From the NCBI RefSeq assembly GCF_009914755.1, contig NC_060942.1: 64,000 bases of DNA. One strand, 5' to 3'. The notes under the pieces are model-generated. The model did no database searches. It saw nothing but the letters and a program-made list of their open reading frames with translations, and was not told the DNA's origin. Position numbers and translations under genes: made by a program. The first letter of the stretch is position 1. Each line of letters begins with the position of its first letter. This document shows positions 16,834-37,151 of this stretch, one piece after another. The stretch comes from the human T2T-CHM13v2.0 reference genome, Homo sapiens.

Positions 16834-17606
16834 TTTGAGTAAAAATAATAATTAACAAAACAAACTATAAAGCCATAATAACTTAAACTGTGAGGCACTG
16901 GCACAGGTCGACAAAAATGGCTAACAAATTATTCCCGTCACTATTTTTTAAGAAGTTCATCTTTTTCCCCACTGAAATGCCAGCTCCACATAAATCAAGT
17001 ACATACACATACATTTATTCTTATTCTTAAGTATTTTAGTTATTCTTGTTCATTATACTTTTTCATACACATTTCAGAATAAACTTATCAAGATCCCCCA
17101 ATCTTCCAAAACAAGGCTTTCAGAATTTTAATTCAAATTGTCTTCAATCTATAGGTCAATTTGAAAAGAAGTGACATTTTTACAATAGTCTCCTTATTCC
17201 TTAAACATGGTACATATCTCTATTTAGTTAAGTCTACTTTAGTATATTTCAATGTAAAAACCATATACTATAATTTGGAATAGCTTTATAAATTACTTTA
17301 GAATTTACATAAGTGAAAAGAAAAATTATTTTGGACAATAAATCATGCTCTCCATTTCGCCCTCTTTTCCTCTAAGTCGTATCACTATCACATGAGCAGC
17401 AGTACTCAGTGATAATTCTGCAAGGATTAAGGAAATGATTTCAAAAGTTGTTGATGCTATAGCTCATCCCCAGTATGACCTTTCTCACCAATCCACAGCC
17501 ACCTTTAATTTTCCAAGGATCTCAGAAGCAAGAATAAGTAACCACTTCAATATAAAATACATCTAATCCAAGCCATCAGATTAATTATAAACTAAGTTAA
17601 AATTCG

Positions 17607-17908
<302 letters not shown>

Positions 17909-18235
17909 TAAACTAAGGTAAACTTCTAAGGCCCAATCCAATTGTATACAATAAAGTTAAAAATTAAAATTTGGGGGGAGGTTCCAAGATGGCTGAATAG
18001 AAACAACTCCAGTCTACAGCTCCCAGCATGAGCAACACAGAAGACGGGTGATTTCTGCATTTCCAACTGAGGTACCTGGTTCATCTCACTGGGGCTTGTC
18101 AGACAGTGGGTGCAGGACAGTGGGTGCAGCCTGTGGACCGTGAACCGAAGCAGGGCAAGGCATCACCTCACCAGGGAAGTGCAAGGAATTCCCTTTCCTA
18201 GCCAAGGGAAGCCGTGACAGACAGCACCTGGAAAA

Positions 18236-18418
18236 TCAGGTCACTCCCACCCTAATACTGCCCTTTTCCAACAATCTTAGCAAACGGCACATCAGGAGAT
18301 TATATCCCACGCCTGGCTCGGAGGGTCCCACACCCACGGAGCCTTGCTCACTGCTAGCACAGCAGTCTGAGATCAAACTACAAGGTGGCAGCGAGGCTGG
18401 GGGAGGGGCACCTGCCAT
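18236..18418 (-). CDS. L1 ORF0 (antisense 5'UTR ORF), truncated to 60 aa
   Basis: MAGAPPPASLPPCSLISDCCAS... is the primate L1 ORF0 sequence; it stops early at a TGA (probable CGA>TGA). Expression is not shown by sequence. Confidence 0.7.
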   Translation of the reverse strand: MAGAPPPASLPPCSLISDCCASSEQGSVGVGPSEPGVGYNLLMCRLLRLLEKGSIRVGVT

Positions 18419-18978
18419 TGCTGAGGCTTGAGTACCTAAACAAAGCAGCCGGGAAGCCCAAACCGCAGCTCAAGGAGAACTGCCTGCCTCTGTAGACTCC
18501 ACCAATGGGGGCAGGGCACAGCTGAACAAAAGGCAGCAGAAAGTTCTGCAGACTTAAATGTCCATGTCTGACAGCTTTGAAGAGAGTAGTGGTTCTCCCA
18601 GCACGGAGTTAGAGATCTGAGAATGGACAGACTGCCTCCTCAAGTGGGTCCCTGACCCCTGAGTAGCCTAACTGGGAGGCACCTCCCAGTAGGGGCCGAC
18701 TGACACCTCATACGGCCAGGTGCCCCTCTGAGACGAAGCTTCCAGAGGAACAATCAGGCAGCAACATTTGCTGTTCTGCAATATTTACGGTTCTGCAGCC
18801 TCCACTGGTGATACCCAGGCAAACAGCGTCTGGAGTGGACCTCCAGCAAACTCCAACAGACCTGCAGCTGAGGGTCCTGACTGTTAGAAGGAAAACTAAC
18901 AAACAGAAAGGACATCCACACCAAACCCCATCTGTACGTCACTATCATCAAAGACCAAAGATAGATAAAACCACAAAG

Positions 18979-19894
18979 ATGGGAAGAAACCAGAGCAGAA
19001 AAGCTGAAAATTCTAAAAATCAGAGTGCCTCTTCTCCTCCAAAGGAACGCAGCTCCTCGCCAGCAACAGAACAAAGCTGGACGGAGAATGACTTTGACGA
19101 GTGGAGAGAAGAAGGCTTCAGAAGATCGGTAATAACAAACTTCTCCGAGCTAAAGGAGGATGTTCGAAACCATCGCGAAGAAGCTAAAAACCTTGAAGAA
19201 AGATTAGATGAATGGCTAACTAGAATAAACCGCATAGAGAAGCCCTTAAATGACCTTATGGAGCTGAAAACCATGGCACAAGAACTACGGGACACATGCA
19301 CAAGCTTCAGTAGCCGATTCAATCAACTGAAAGAAAGGGTATCAGTGATTGAAGATCAAATGAATGAAATGAAGCAAGAAGAGAAGTTTAGAGAAGAAAG
19401 AATAAAAAGAAATGAACAAAGCCTCCAAGAAATATGGGGCTATGTGAAAAGACCAAATCTATGTCTGATTGGTGTACCTGAAAGTGACGGGGAGAATGGA
19501 ACCAAGTTGGAAAACACTCTGCAGGATATTATCCAGGAGAACTTCCCCAACCTAGTAAGGCAGGCCAACATTCAAATTCAGGAAATACAGAGAACACCAC
19601 AAAGATACTCCTCAAGAAAAGCAACTCCAAGACACATAATTGTCAGATTCAACCAAGTTGAAATGAAGGAAAAAATGTTAAGGGCAGCCAGAGAGAAAGG
19701 TTGGGTTACCCACAAAGGGAAGCCCATCAGACTAACAGCGGATCTCTCGGCAGAAACTCTACAAGCCAGAAGAGAGTGAGGGACAATAGTCAACATTCTT
19801 AAAGAAAATAATTTTCAACCCAGAATTTCATATCCAGACAAACTAAGCTTCATAAGTGAAGGAGAAATAAAATACAAAAACATGCCAAATTGTA
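18979..19894 (+). pseudogene. L1 ORF1p remnant
   Basis: MGRNQSRKAENSKNQSASSPPKERSSSPATEQSW...; premature TGA at 19777-19779 and a ~100-bp deletion near 19875 relative to the L1 consensus as I recall it. Confidence 0.93.
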
Positions 19895-19943
19895 AAGACC
19901 ATCGAGGCTAGGAAGAAACTGCATCAACTAAAGGGCAAAATAA

Positions 19944-23781
<3,838 letters not shown>

Positions 23782-24195
23782 ACAATGAAAACACTTGGAC
23801 ACAGGGTGGGGAACATCACACACTGGGGCCTGTTGTGGGGTGGGGGGAGGGGGGAGGGATAGCATTAGGAGATATACCTAATGTAAATGACGAGTTAATG
23901 GGTGCAGCACATCAACATGGCACACGTATACATATGTAACAAACCTGCATGTTGTGCACGTGTACCCTAGAACTTAAAGTATAATAAAAAATAATAATAA
24001 AAAAATTAAAATTTATTGCCAAAAGATATAAACAGTTCACGGAAAAGGAAATACCAATACCCCTTAAACATATGAAAATAAACACAACCTTAATTATTAA
24101 AGAAAGGCAAATAAAACCATAAGGACCACTATCCAAAACTTGCTGAACTGGGTATCAAAAAGAAAAACGACTGCTATTAGTCACACTGGAAAACA

Positions 24196-24221
24196 TGTGT
24201 GTGTGTGTGTGTGTGTGTGTG
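24196..24221. repeat. (TG)n microsatellite
   Basis: 13 TG units read directly. Confidence 0.95.
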
Positions 24222-25049
24222 AATTTACCCTCAAGACAGAAATAGGCCCTCTACCTCTGAGGTAAAGGGAAACGGGAAGTATAGACTTCTTTGTCATGAT
24301 TACACCAACCCCTTCCTGAAAATTGGTAAAGAAAAAAACTGAAGTGCTTACCTTTAATTAGTAATAAATATAGTAAGAACTATATTTTACATAACCTAAT
24401 TGATGACATAAAGTCCTCTTTACAGAAGAACTCCAGTTATTAAATGTAGAAATGACCAAATTAGAAATATTACCATTTTGTAACCTCTTATAAAACAGGT
24501 GATTCAGGCAAAAATCAATACATGCTAAAATACACTCAAAACTCTGATCAATCTTAGCATGATAACTGGTATAAAACATACTTTTTCTACATATGGAATA
24601 CCTTACCAAAAATGATTAACCTAAATTTTATCAAGCTTTTAAACCTCATTTCCAATTTACGGGAAATATATGGAATAAAAGAACAAGTTACAAGGTGTGA
24701 GAAGCAATCAGATAAATACAGAAGATGGAACATTCTACAGAAAAACTGACACAATTTGTTTTAAAAATGACATGAAGGGAAAAAATAGTGGCAAGGGTGG
24801 GAAGTGGACACCTATATTCTACATTAGAAGACATTTAAGGACAAGAACCATCAAGTGCAACGTATGCACCTTATTTGGCTCCTAATTGTAATAAACTATT
24901 AAAACAACTTTAATTTAAATTTAATTAAAATTTAAATATGGAAAAATTTAAATATGAACTGGGTAGCAGAAATTATTGTTAATTTTGTGAGGTGTGATAA
25001 TGGCATTATGGTTATGTAAAAAAAAAGACTTTACGATACTTAAAAAACA

Positions 25050-26315
25050 ATAATGAACAAAATATAGAAACAACCCAGTGTCTATTAATTTCTGAATGAA
25101 CAAAATGTACTATATCCATACAATGGAGTATCACTCAACAATATCCAAATGTCTATTAATTTCTGAATGGACAAACAAAATGCAGTATATCCATACAATG
25201 GAGTATCACTCAGCAATAAAAAGGAATGGAGGCTGGGTCCAGTGGCTCATGCTTATAAATCCCAACAGTTTCAGAGGCAGAGGCAGGAGGATCACTTGAG
25301 GCCAGGTGTTCGTTCAAGACCAGCCTGGGCAACATGGCAAGACCTTATGTCTACAAAAGATTTTTTAAAAAGCAGCCAGGCATGGCGGTGCATGCCTGTG
25401 GTCCCAGCTACTCAGGAAGGTGAAGTGGAAGGATCACTTGAGCCCAGGAGTTCAAGGCTATAGTGAGCTACGATCGCACCACTGCAATCCAGCCTGGGCA
25501 ACAGAGTGAGACCTTGTCTCAAAAAAAAAAGAAAAAAAGGAATGCAAGTATTGGTGCATGCTACAACATGTATGAATATTACATTCAGTGAAAGAAGCCA
25601 GTCACGGCGGGGCGCAGTGGCTCACACTTGTAATCCCAGCACTTTGGGGTGCTGAGGATTTCTTGAGCCCAGGAGTTCAAGACCAGCCTGGGTAACAGAG
25701 CAAGACCCCATCTCTAAAAAGGTAGAAGAAAAAAAAAGAAAGAAGCCAGTCACAAAAGACCACCTATTGTTACAATTTCATTTACATGAAACGTCTAGAA
25801 GAGGCAAAGTTAGTAGTAGTTATTAAATTAGTGGCTGGACGCAGTGTCTCACGCCTGTAATCCCAGCACTTTGGGAGGCTGAGGAAGGTGAATCACTTGA
25901 GGTCAGGGGTTCGAGACCAGCCTGGCCAACATGGTGACATCTCATCTCCACAAAAAATACAAAAATTAGCCATGCATGAAGGCATGCAACCGTTAAGCCC
26001 AGTTACTCGGGAGGCTGAGGCCGAAGAATTGCTTGAATCCAGGAGGCAGAGTTTGCAGTGAGCAGAGATCGCGCCACTGAACTCTAGCAGACTGAGACTC
26101 CCTCTCAAAAAATAAATAAATAAATAAGTGGTTGCTAGTGCAATCTAGAGTTTGGGGGAGTGTCTGCTAATGGGCATGGGATAGGGCATGGGATGGTTCC
26201 TTTCTGGGATGATAATGTTCTAAAATTGGTGATTGTTACACAATTCTGTGAATAAAAACACTGAATAATACACTTTAAATGGGTGAATTACATGATATAT
26301 GAAACATATCTCAAA
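25050..26315 (+). mobile_element. Old L1M 3' end broken by three Alus
   Basis: TATATCCATACAATGGAGTATCACTCAGCAATAAAAAGGAATG, GAAAGAAGCCAGTCAC, ACACTTTAAATGGGTGAATT. Confidence 0.75.
25231..26127 (+). mobile_element. Three tandem Alus (AluJ 25231-25537, FLAM 25606-25742, AluS 25833-26127)
   Basis: Alu consensus motifs and A-rich tails. Confidence 0.9.
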
Positions 26316-26318
26316 AAG

Positions 26319-26813
26319 TGTATTATTTTTCTATTGCTACTACAAAAGTTATCAAAATTTAGTGGTGTGAACAACATAAATTTATTATCTTACAGTTCTG
26401 TAGGTCAGAAGTCTGACACTCAATGAGCTAAGATCAGGATGTCAATAAGGCTGCATCCCTTTCCAAAGGCTCTAGAGGGAAATCTGCATCCTTGCCTCTG
26501 CCAGCTTCTAGAAGCTGCTCATATTTCTTGCTCATGACCTCCCTACCATCTTCAAAGCCAGCAAGGGCAGGCTGAGTCCTCCTCACATCACATCTGACTT
26601 TCTCTTCTACCTCCCTCTTCCACTTTCAAGAAGCCTTGTGATTACTTTGGGCCTGCCCAGATAATCCAAGATAATCTCCCTGTTTTAAGGTCAGCTGATT
26701 AGTAACCTTAATGCCTTTTGCTACTTTAATTCCCCTTTGCCATGTAATGTAACATATTCAGATTCTGCAGACAAGGACATGGACATCTTTGGGGGGCTAC
26801 TATTCTGCCTATC
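26319..26813. mobile_element. MLT1 (MaLR) solo LTR
   Basis: TTTATTATCTTACAGTTCTGTAGGTCAGAAGTCT...CCAGCTTCTAGAAGCTGC...ATTCTGCCTATCATA; opposite orientation to the copy at 55393. Confidence 0.8.
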
Positions 26814-27684
26814 ATAATAAAGCTCTTAAAAAGTAAATAAAAAATTTTTAAATCTAGTTATTGAGTGTATGGGAATTCAATATTCTATTCATTCTTCATT
26901 ATTATTGTCTGACAGTTTTTGTAATAGAATTAAATATGAGATATTATTTTTCACCTCTGAAACTGGCAGAGGTCAAAGGTCTAAAATGCATCAAACTGAC
27001 AAAGATATGGGGAAACACACCTCTCATGCATTGCTGGTAGGTATGCAAATTGCTACAACTTCCATGGTGCACAATTTGGCATAGCTACCAAATTGCAAAT
27101 GCACATACACTTTGACCCAGCAATTCTACTTCAAGGAATTTATACTAAAGATATATTGTGTGTATGAAAAATGATGTATGCGGCAGTAACTGTTACAACA
27201 AAGACTGGAAACAATCTAAATGTTCATCAACAGAAAAACCAATTAAATATATTCTACAGATACTCCACAGCCATTAAAAAGAATAAGGAAGTTGCAAATG
27301 TGCTACATATACAAGATATATTTTACTTAACTGTGGAAAAAAAGGCAAGGGACAGAACAGTACGTGTAGTATGCTACCATTTGTATTTAAACAATTTTGT
27401 GAAACTATATGGGATATATGCTTAAGTAACCTATATTATCTCTAGAACGATTCAAAATAAACTGCTACCAGTGATAACCTCTAGAGAAGGGAGGTGGCTA
27501 CTGAGTTGGGTAAAAAGAAAAGCTTATTTTCTACTTTCAAATCTTTTGGATTTTCTACTGATCTATGTATGACAGATAGACTAGATAGATAGACAGAACA
27601 TTTCTAAATTTTTTTTTAATCAGCATACCACACAAGTTGATATGGCCCTCTATTCAAATTTTCAATCTCCAGGCAATCTCTTAC

Positions 27685-27824
27685 CTGCTAGTTGGTGCAG
27701 GGAAAGAAAATGAGAGAAGCTGATTCCAGAACGGGTCATTCTCAGAGATAGATTCCGTGCCTGATAACTTTTTCAAGTACTCATTTTTAGGAAGATCGCC
27801 GATTCTGCTGCTATTCGATCCCAT
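27685..27824 (-). CDS. DYM: Dymeclin, first coding exon (140 nt, partial CDS; remainder outside window to the left)
   Basis: Reverse complement reads ATG GGA TCG AAT AGC AGC AGA ATC GGC GAT... = [46 protein letters not shown], which I recognise as the human dymeclin N-terminus (Gly2 myristoylation motif MGxxxS). Strong Kozak AAGATGG; ends at AG|GTAAGA donor at 27685/27684. Confidence 0.97.
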
Positions 27825-27877
27825 CTTCTAGCTTAAGCAGATAATTTGTCCTTAAACCTGCATTTCCAAAAGACAAC
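27685..27877 (-). other. DYM: DYM exon 2 (53 nt 5'UTR + 140 nt CDS)
   Basis: T-rich tract followed by TAG|GTTGTC acceptor (AG at 27878-27879) and the GTAAGA donor. Confidence 0.9.
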
Positions 27878-28034
27878 CTATAAAAAATAAAAATAAAAAC
27901 TTTAAACTTGTTCAAAAGTCATCATGCTTTGTCTACCTATAAAAAAACTATAAACTTACTAAAGAAAATCACACATTTCTGTATTTATAAATATATTAGA
28001 CATCAGATACAAAGTTACAAGAAATATGGGGCTA

Positions 28035-28439
<405 letters not shown>

Positions 28440-29519
28440 TCAAAGCAAAATCATAATAATGGTAACTTATAATTAGTCTGAAAATGAAGCTGTTTTACAA
28501 CCAAAACAATGGTGACAAAGAAATACAGAAATCTGGATGGCTTGAATGTACAAGGAAGGGAACATAGCTCAAGTAATTACCATGTGCTACTTCTACTTAT
28601 GGGGGTCATAGGGACAAACCTGAATTACCAACTTCAAGTGAAAGAGATCCCAATTACAAAGGAATCACATTTAATGTTTCTGTCATTCTGCTGTAGGGCA
28701 CATATGCAGTTTTAGTTGATATGCCTCTTCCCCTAAACCATGCACATTTTTACGACAGGAATTATCTCATTCATCTGTCTATGCCCACTGTCTAGACTAG
28801 CATGTAAAAAATTCCCTAAACAGTATGTTGAAGGAACAAGGGAGTGAATAAATAATTAGTATCCACGAGGCTCTTCAAAAGTCAGTATTGGTTGTTCTCA
28901 GTCACTAAGGGAAGAAAACTAGTTACAAATATGAATCACTGTCTCCCTTAAATCACACTTAACATAGATTTAGATCATGTTTTATCTTGATTTGTTCAGA
29001 AAAGTTCTCCCATTGAATAATAAAATGGTGATAAGATAAATAATACATTATACTATTTTAAAATTACCATCACAATGAAAGGAAACTACATGGCCTCAGG
29101 GACCAAAGGCGGCTCAGGTCAGGTGAGAATGTGTATTAGTGACTCACTTTCTTCCTCATGTCCCTTCTCATTCCACAAAGGCACTGAAGCCACGGTCAGA
29201 ATTTGGGAGCTGGATTGAGCTGCTTATTCTGAGAGCAAGATGCTTCCCCGATGATGCACATGGACAGCTGGGTCTTCTGAATCTGAGATAGAAATACTGA
29301 TCTGGCTCCTCATCGCCTGCCCCTAAAGCTGAGGCTAGCCACTACTTTCATCCTTCCTGCAAGGGGACAGGGGCCCCAATAACTCAATTCAACTTCAACT
29401 GAATCATAATTCAGCTTCAATTAAGCCTCTATATTAAGACAGCTAATCATAAGGTTTAATTTCTTAAAGTAGGGCTTGTTAAGCCCAATTAGAAAATGCT
29501 ATAAAAGAAATATCCTGAA

Positions 29520-29815
<296 letters not shown>

Positions 29816-30027
29816 TTACAATAGTATTTTAAGCTATCAAAATTATATGGGGACATAATACACTAGTGAAAATGAATGAAACAGAGCTAAATGGATACAT
29901 CTCAAAAATATAAAATGTTTAAAAAAAAAAGCAAGCTACCTAATAGATATGGTATGCTTTCATTTATAAGATTTTAAAACTGGCAAAAAATATTATGGAT
30001 TTATTCATAGCTAGTACCAGCATTAAA

Positions 30028-30330
30028 ATTTTTTTTTTTTTTTTTTTTTTAAGAAACAGGGCCTCACTCTGTTGCTGAGTACAATGCTGGAGTACAGTGG
30101 CGTGATTATAGCTCATTGTAACCTCAAACTCCTGGGCTCAAGGGAGCCTCATTGCCTCAGCCTCCTAAGTAGCTGGAACTACAGGTACATGCCACCAAAG
30201 CCCAGCTAATATTCTGTTATTTGGTAAAGATGGGGTCTCACTGTGTTGCCCAGGCTGGTCTCGAACTCTTTCTGCCTTGGCTTCAACCACAGTGCTGACA
30301 TTACAAGCATGAGCTACTGAGCCTGGCCAA
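30028..30330 (-). mobile_element. AluJ
   Basis: Long poly(T) then diverged antisense Alu. Confidence 0.88.
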
Positions 30331-31025
30331 GAGGAATTAATTTAACTAGAAATCTATAGCTTTTCAAGCTACCAATTAAGTTTGAAAGTAGAATAAAAAC
30401 ATTTTCTGATTTGCCAAGATTCAAAAGACCTCCCAGGAACCTACAAGGAAGCTACAAGATGTACTCCTTCCACATGAGGGAACAAGCCAAGAAAAAGGAA
30501 GAAATTCAAGAAACAGGGGATCCAACACAGGGCAGTGGTATAGAGAATCACAGCCATGGAGCAGGCTGGGACAAGAGTCAAAACAGCTCCCGGATCAACC
30601 AGGAGAAGAAAGCATAGAACTGACGGTTCACTTGATGCGTCTAACCTTATTCTGTGGAATGTTACAATACTGTAGGAGAATTTGGAAGCAATGAATAATA
30701 GTTATATGGAGAATAAAGTAAATAATTTCGTATAGACTACAAACTTTGGGAAAAACAAGTTATTCAAGAAAGGTCATGTAATCATAGTATACGACTAAAT
30801 TCAACAGTAATCAACATTTATATAATCACTATGATATAAATACTAAATATTTAACCAAAAATTGTGAGTTAACTCTACTGAGAAGATTCCAGAAGCAGCA
30901 GCAGGATTGGTGGTCTACGAGTGCTAAACCTTCATCTTCCATAATAGGTAGTGCTCAATAGAAAATATGTAAAGTTAGTAAATCAAAAAACAGTAAAAAT
31001 TTATTAGTTATAAATAAGGAAGTAG

Positions 31026-33302
<2,277 letters not shown>

Positions 33303-33444
33303 TCACAACCACTAGGATTGTTTTTACATATTGTTACTTCATCGTCCATATTAAACATGATGAGATATTAGGATCTCATATTCTAGTTACTCGGTGTCCT
33401 ATTACAGAATGTTCTTTCACTTAGACTAGTTTTCCAAAATAAAT

Positions 33445-33745
33445 TTATTTACTTATTTTAGAGATAGGGTCTCACTCTGTCACCCACACTAGAGTGCAGT
33501 GGCATGAACATAATTCACTGTAGCTTCAAACTCCTGAATTCAAGCAATCCTTCCGCCTTAGCCTTCTGAGTAGGTGGGATTACAGATACATGCCATCACA
33601 CCCTGCTAACTTTTTTAAATTTTTTATAGAGATGGGCGTCTTGCTATGTTGCTGAGGCTAATCTCAATCTCCTGGCCTCAAGAGACCCTCTTGCCTAGGC
33701 TTCCCAAAGCACTGGAATTAGAGGTATGAGCCACCTCTCCCAGCT
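33445..33745 (-). mobile_element. AluJ
   Basis: Diverged antisense Alu. Confidence 0.88.
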
Positions 33746-35359
33746 ACCCAATAAATTATTTCTTTCAGATTTTATTCAAAATTGAACTTTTTCAATAAAA
33801 GCAAAATAAGTAATGTTCTTGGGTCCTCTGGGATTCTGCATTAATTTCATTAACTCTGAGGAGTATACAACAGATTTTGTCTTCCACCACCTCCTTAAGG
33901 ATATTGCTAGTTCCTTTTTAGCCAAAGCTTTCAAATTATTTTTATTTGTCCAATAATCCCTGTGACCCTGAATATGCCTCAATAAACCATATGTTTAAAC
34001 AAACGAGTAAAAAAGACCTTGACTACTTGTTTACAGTGTGCTATTTATCAGGGGACTCATGCTAATTAGCAGTTAGGATTGTAGGTCTAATATTAGTGTA
34101 CTGAATAAGTACCTCTAACTGTATGGATGAAAGTGGGTTAGTTCAAAGAGTGTTGGTTTGCTGACAGCAATTTAAATATGGGTCCTCCTGGCTCTACCAT
34201 GTACTCAATTTTCCTTCTCTGTGCTTCATTAAAATTAACAGGAAAAAAATGACACCAGATCAAAAGAAATGAAAATCATAACAATTTGTTCTCAGTTAAA
34301 TAGACCAGTATCTTACTTTTTTTGTGTGGTAACTTAAAAGCAAGCAATTTTACTCTAGGAGTTTAAGTACATGAATGCTGAATTTTCAAAAGAACAAAAT
34401 TTGATTTTGGAATCAACCTCCTCCTCCCACCAGGTGAAGCAACAACGAGAAACAATACTATCAAAGAGTCTACTAACAAAATTTGTCAGATGTTTCTGTT
34501 TATTTTATGTTCTTTTTGTATCAGTAATATTCATGGTACAAAATACAAAAGCTTCAAAGGATAGACAGTGAAAATCTCCTTCCCATCCCATCTTCTAACC
34601 ACCTTCTCAACTCAGAGAAAACATTCACAGTTTCTTGGGCATCATTCCACAGACATTCTGTGTATATACAAACATATGTTCAACCCCTTTTTAAACAAAC
34701 CATAGCATATGACATATTCCTCTCTACTCTGCTATTCCCACTCATCAATATATAGGAAGTCATTATATATCCATATATGAAGCACTTCATTCCTTTTTAC
34801 AATTGTGTAACATTCCATTTTATAATTTCTCAAATACCATATTGATGGACTTTAGGTAGTCTACATCTTTTGCTATTACAAATCATTCTCCAAGTAATAA
34901 AAAATAAATGTCATTCTCCAATAAGATATATACATTACTTATATCTTATACTATCACTTACATAAGCATATAAAATATTTCACACATGTATGAGTAGACA
35001 GATATGATAAATCCAGAGAAATAGAATTGCTGGGTCAAAGGGTATATGCATCTGTAATTTTGATAGATACTGCCTGGCTGCCTTCTACAGAGGTTGTACC
35101 AACTTGGATTCTCACCAGCAACGCCTATTTCTCTACTCCACAGCCACCATTGTTTAATCAAACTTTCTGATCCTTGCCAACTTAGATTTTTTTTAAAAAG
35201 CAGTTTTTCAATACAATTTTATTTTGCATCTCTCTTGCCGTGAATAAGACCATTACCTGCTCATATCCTATGACTGTTTTCTATTGGTTTATAGGAAATA
35301 AACTTTATTTTCAAAGAGGCTAGGATAGACCACAAAATTAAGTCTTAAATCAAACACCT

Positions 35360-35612
35360 GTACACCTGTAATCCCAGCACTTTGGGAGACAGAGCAGGAG
35401 GATTGCTTGAGCCCAGGAGTACGAGGCCAGCCTGGGCAAGACCCCATCTATACAAAAAATTTAAAAACTAGCTGGGCGTGGTGGCACAAGCCTGTGGTCC
35501 CAGCTACTCAGAAGGATCGCTTGAGCCCAGGAGTTCGACGCTGCAGTGAGCCACGTCTACACCACTGCACTGTGCAACAGAGCAAGACTTTGTATCAAAA
35601 ATAAAATTAATA
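35360..35612 (+). mobile_element. AluJ (deleted)
   Basis: Alu motifs with several short deletions. Confidence 0.85.
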
Positions 35613-36399
35613 AATCAAAATAACTGCTCAGTCCAAGAACACTATGAAATCTTTCTAAAACAGTATGAATAAAGCCTACAAGCATATCAGGAGAGACACT
35701 GAACAGAATGTTAACAAAAAAAATCGAGACAGCCAATTGAGTAAAGAGTACAGTGCCTCCTTCCCCGTTTTTTCTCACCAAACCCTAGAAATAATATAAA
35801 TCATATTTTTTTAAATAGCCAGTGATTACACAGCCATGCTAAAAAAATAACAGGCGGCCAGAAGCTGTGAAGAATCCCCATAAAGTAGAAAACAGCTGGA
35901 GATGGGCTAAAAAGGGAAATAGCATCCCAGAGCAGGCTCAAGGGCCTTCAAGGGCACCATCCCAAAGAGTGTGAACAGGAACTCCGGCACAAAAGCAGAA
36001 AGGCCAGAAAAAGGCCCACAAGCAACTAACAGAAGCTTGGCTAGTGCACCTGAGCAGACACCCCTGCCTAAGCCCTCACTCCCACAGGAAGCAACAACAG
36101 GGTGCTACCTGCTAGGAACAGAGTGAAGGCAACACCCTGGGCACCTGGAGTATACAGGAGGAATAAGTTCAGACATAGTAAGACCAGTAGCCACTGAGGC
36201 ACTCTTGCCAGAAAGATCCACCTGCTCCCCCACAAAAAGCAAAGTAGAAAACTGAGCCCCAATGGCATCTCTTCTGCAATGATTCCTGCCAAGGATTCCA
36301 AACACACACGCACAATCGTCGGCTCCCAATTTATTTGGAACTCTCAAGACCCTTATCAATGAAAACTAGAGTAAAGTAGAAAACACTATTGGATAATCT

Positions 36400-37020
36400 C
36401 CAAAGAGTCCTACTGCCTTTGCCCTCACTGGGCATCATTAGACTCCCTTGGCTTCCAGCTCTTCTTTCTCTAAATCTGTCAGTAACTGATCCCATCTCCT
36501 GGCTTTTCTAGTGGCTTCCATGATACTACTTTCAAATTTCTCCTTCTAGACCCAACCTCTGGCCAGGAAGCCAGTTCTGTTGATATCTCTAAAATATTTC
36601 AGACTTTTTTTAACTCAAGGGTAATATATATAATATAATCAGTAAGTTTGTTGGTAACAATGATCCTTATGTAACTCTATGCTAGAAATGAGAAGTAGGC
36701 TATTGCTGATGCTTTTAGTAGTAAACCTTTCAAAGGACCTATCTTCAATGCAATGTAGTCAAGAACTCAATCTTAACATGTGCAAAACTGATTCTATCAT
36801 TCCTCCCTGTTACCCCTTAAAACTCTCCACTACTCCCCTAAAGCTGCAATTACGTAAAAGCTGCCTTGAAATGTTATTTTGCTGTAGTACATATAACATA
36901 TCTCCCCAGGTAGATTATTCCTGAGAGGCATGAATCAGGCCTTACACTTCTTCCTTATCCCTAATCAATCTCCAGCATACTGCTAAAGAGAAATTACTCA
37001 AAAAATACTTGCTGAAATAG
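36400..37020 (+). mobile_element. L2 fragments
   Basis: AACTCAATCTTAACATGTGCAAAACTGA, TAGATTATTCCTGAGAGGCA...TACTCAAAAAATACTTGCTGAA. Confidence 0.55.
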
Positions 37021-37151
37021 CCAAGGTCTCACAGCTAATAAATATATGAAAAGATCTTCAGACTAAATTCTGAGTACAATATGCTAATTAAAACAATAAT
37101 ATATCATTTTTACCCATCAAACTAGTAAACATTAAAAAATACTTGGTAACA

